A stretch of 64,000 nt of DNA from NCBI GenBank assembly GCA_947258975.1, contig CAMYKK010000010.1, positions 8,006 to 72,005 of the forward strand, in the 5' to 3' direction. The stretch is from an uncultured Gammaproteobacteria bacterium. GTDB taxonomy: Bacteria > Pseudomonadota > Gammaproteobacteria > Arenicellales > JAANXG01. The notes below the pieces were generated by a model. The model was not told the DNA's origin. It ran no database searches and worked only from the letters and a program-made list of their open reading frames with translations. Within the stretch, counting starts at the first letter, position 1. The number at the start of each line of letters is the position of its first letter. This document shows positions 63,775-64,000 of the stretch, in pieces. The translations under genes were made by a program, and so were the position numbers.

Positions 63775-64000
63775 ATGAATGAATGGCTAACCAGCATTAC
63801 CGAACTATGGGCATCGGGACGCGCCATGCCGGTGATAAAAGCAGTGTTGCTCATTACCGCGGGCTTTCTGCTCGCGAAATTCGCGGGCGCCGCCTTCAAT
63901 CGCTTGTTCCGTGACCATCTCAGTAAACACCAACTCATTCTCATCAGACGTATCGTCTTCTACACGATCCTGATTCTGTTTTTGGTGTCCGCATTACGCG
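63775..64000 (+). CDS. MscS-family mechanosensitive channel, N-terminal part (truncated by the window end)
   Basis: ATG at 63775. MNEWLTSITELW...VLLITAGFLLAKFAGAAFNRLF...RRIVFYTILILFLVSALR resembles small MscS-like N-termini. The frame is still open at the window edge. Confidence 0.45.
   Translation, partial: MNEWLTSITELWASGRAMPVIKAVLLITAGFLLAKFAGAAFNRLFRDHLSKHQLILIRRIVFYTILILFLVSALR

Overview
Gene-dense bacterial chromosomal segment. By eye it is high-50s % GC (not computed), and its gene content looks gammaproteobacterial. No rRNA, tRNA, CRISPR array, transposase, integrase or phage genes were seen.

Layout:
- 0-31 kb: housekeeping and signalling genes. These are a FabH-like KAS III, Leptospira-type citramalate synthase cimA, DAHP synthase, gshA, an HtrA-like protease, an Hsp20, an HD-GYP protein, a PAS-GGDEF-EAL protein, a B12-radical SAM enzyme and a TerB-like protein.
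- 31.6-48.3 kb: a large composite copper / thiol-redox island. In order it carries a MerR regulator, DsbE, CcdA, DUF411 (CopG), two CxxC membrane proteins, two CzcI-like small proteins, a lipoprotein, an orphan TolC-type outer-membrane factor, a multicopper oxidase, a periplasmic rhodanese, a cytochrome c, a low-GC insert, a GDCCVxC protein, the copZ / CsoR-family / copA operon, and a divergent CDF transporter.
- 49-64 kb: a divalent-cation and osmotic-transport neighbourhood. It holds the rimK cluster, two CorA-family genes, an MscK-like channel, a CNNM/DUF21 protein, ptsP and a partial MscS gene, interspersed with several decayed genes.

Most noteworthy observations:
1. The architecture of the copper island, including an RcnR-type (C-H-H) CsoR-family sensor with a near-consensus promoter and a G/C-tract operator.
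2. A small membrane ORF with a His-rich tail hidden in another reading frame.
3. A 176-nt rod-like structured element followed by an intrinsic terminator.
4. A membrane-anchored sigma-54-activator-like protein with a dead ATPase core.
5. A CDF C-terminal-domain-only ORF whose stop overlaps the corA start.
6. An orphan intrinsic terminator with no annotated gene upstream.
7. A dispersed GCCGCTCCCAC REP-like repeat family.

All family assignments come from motif recognition by eye. No database search was run.
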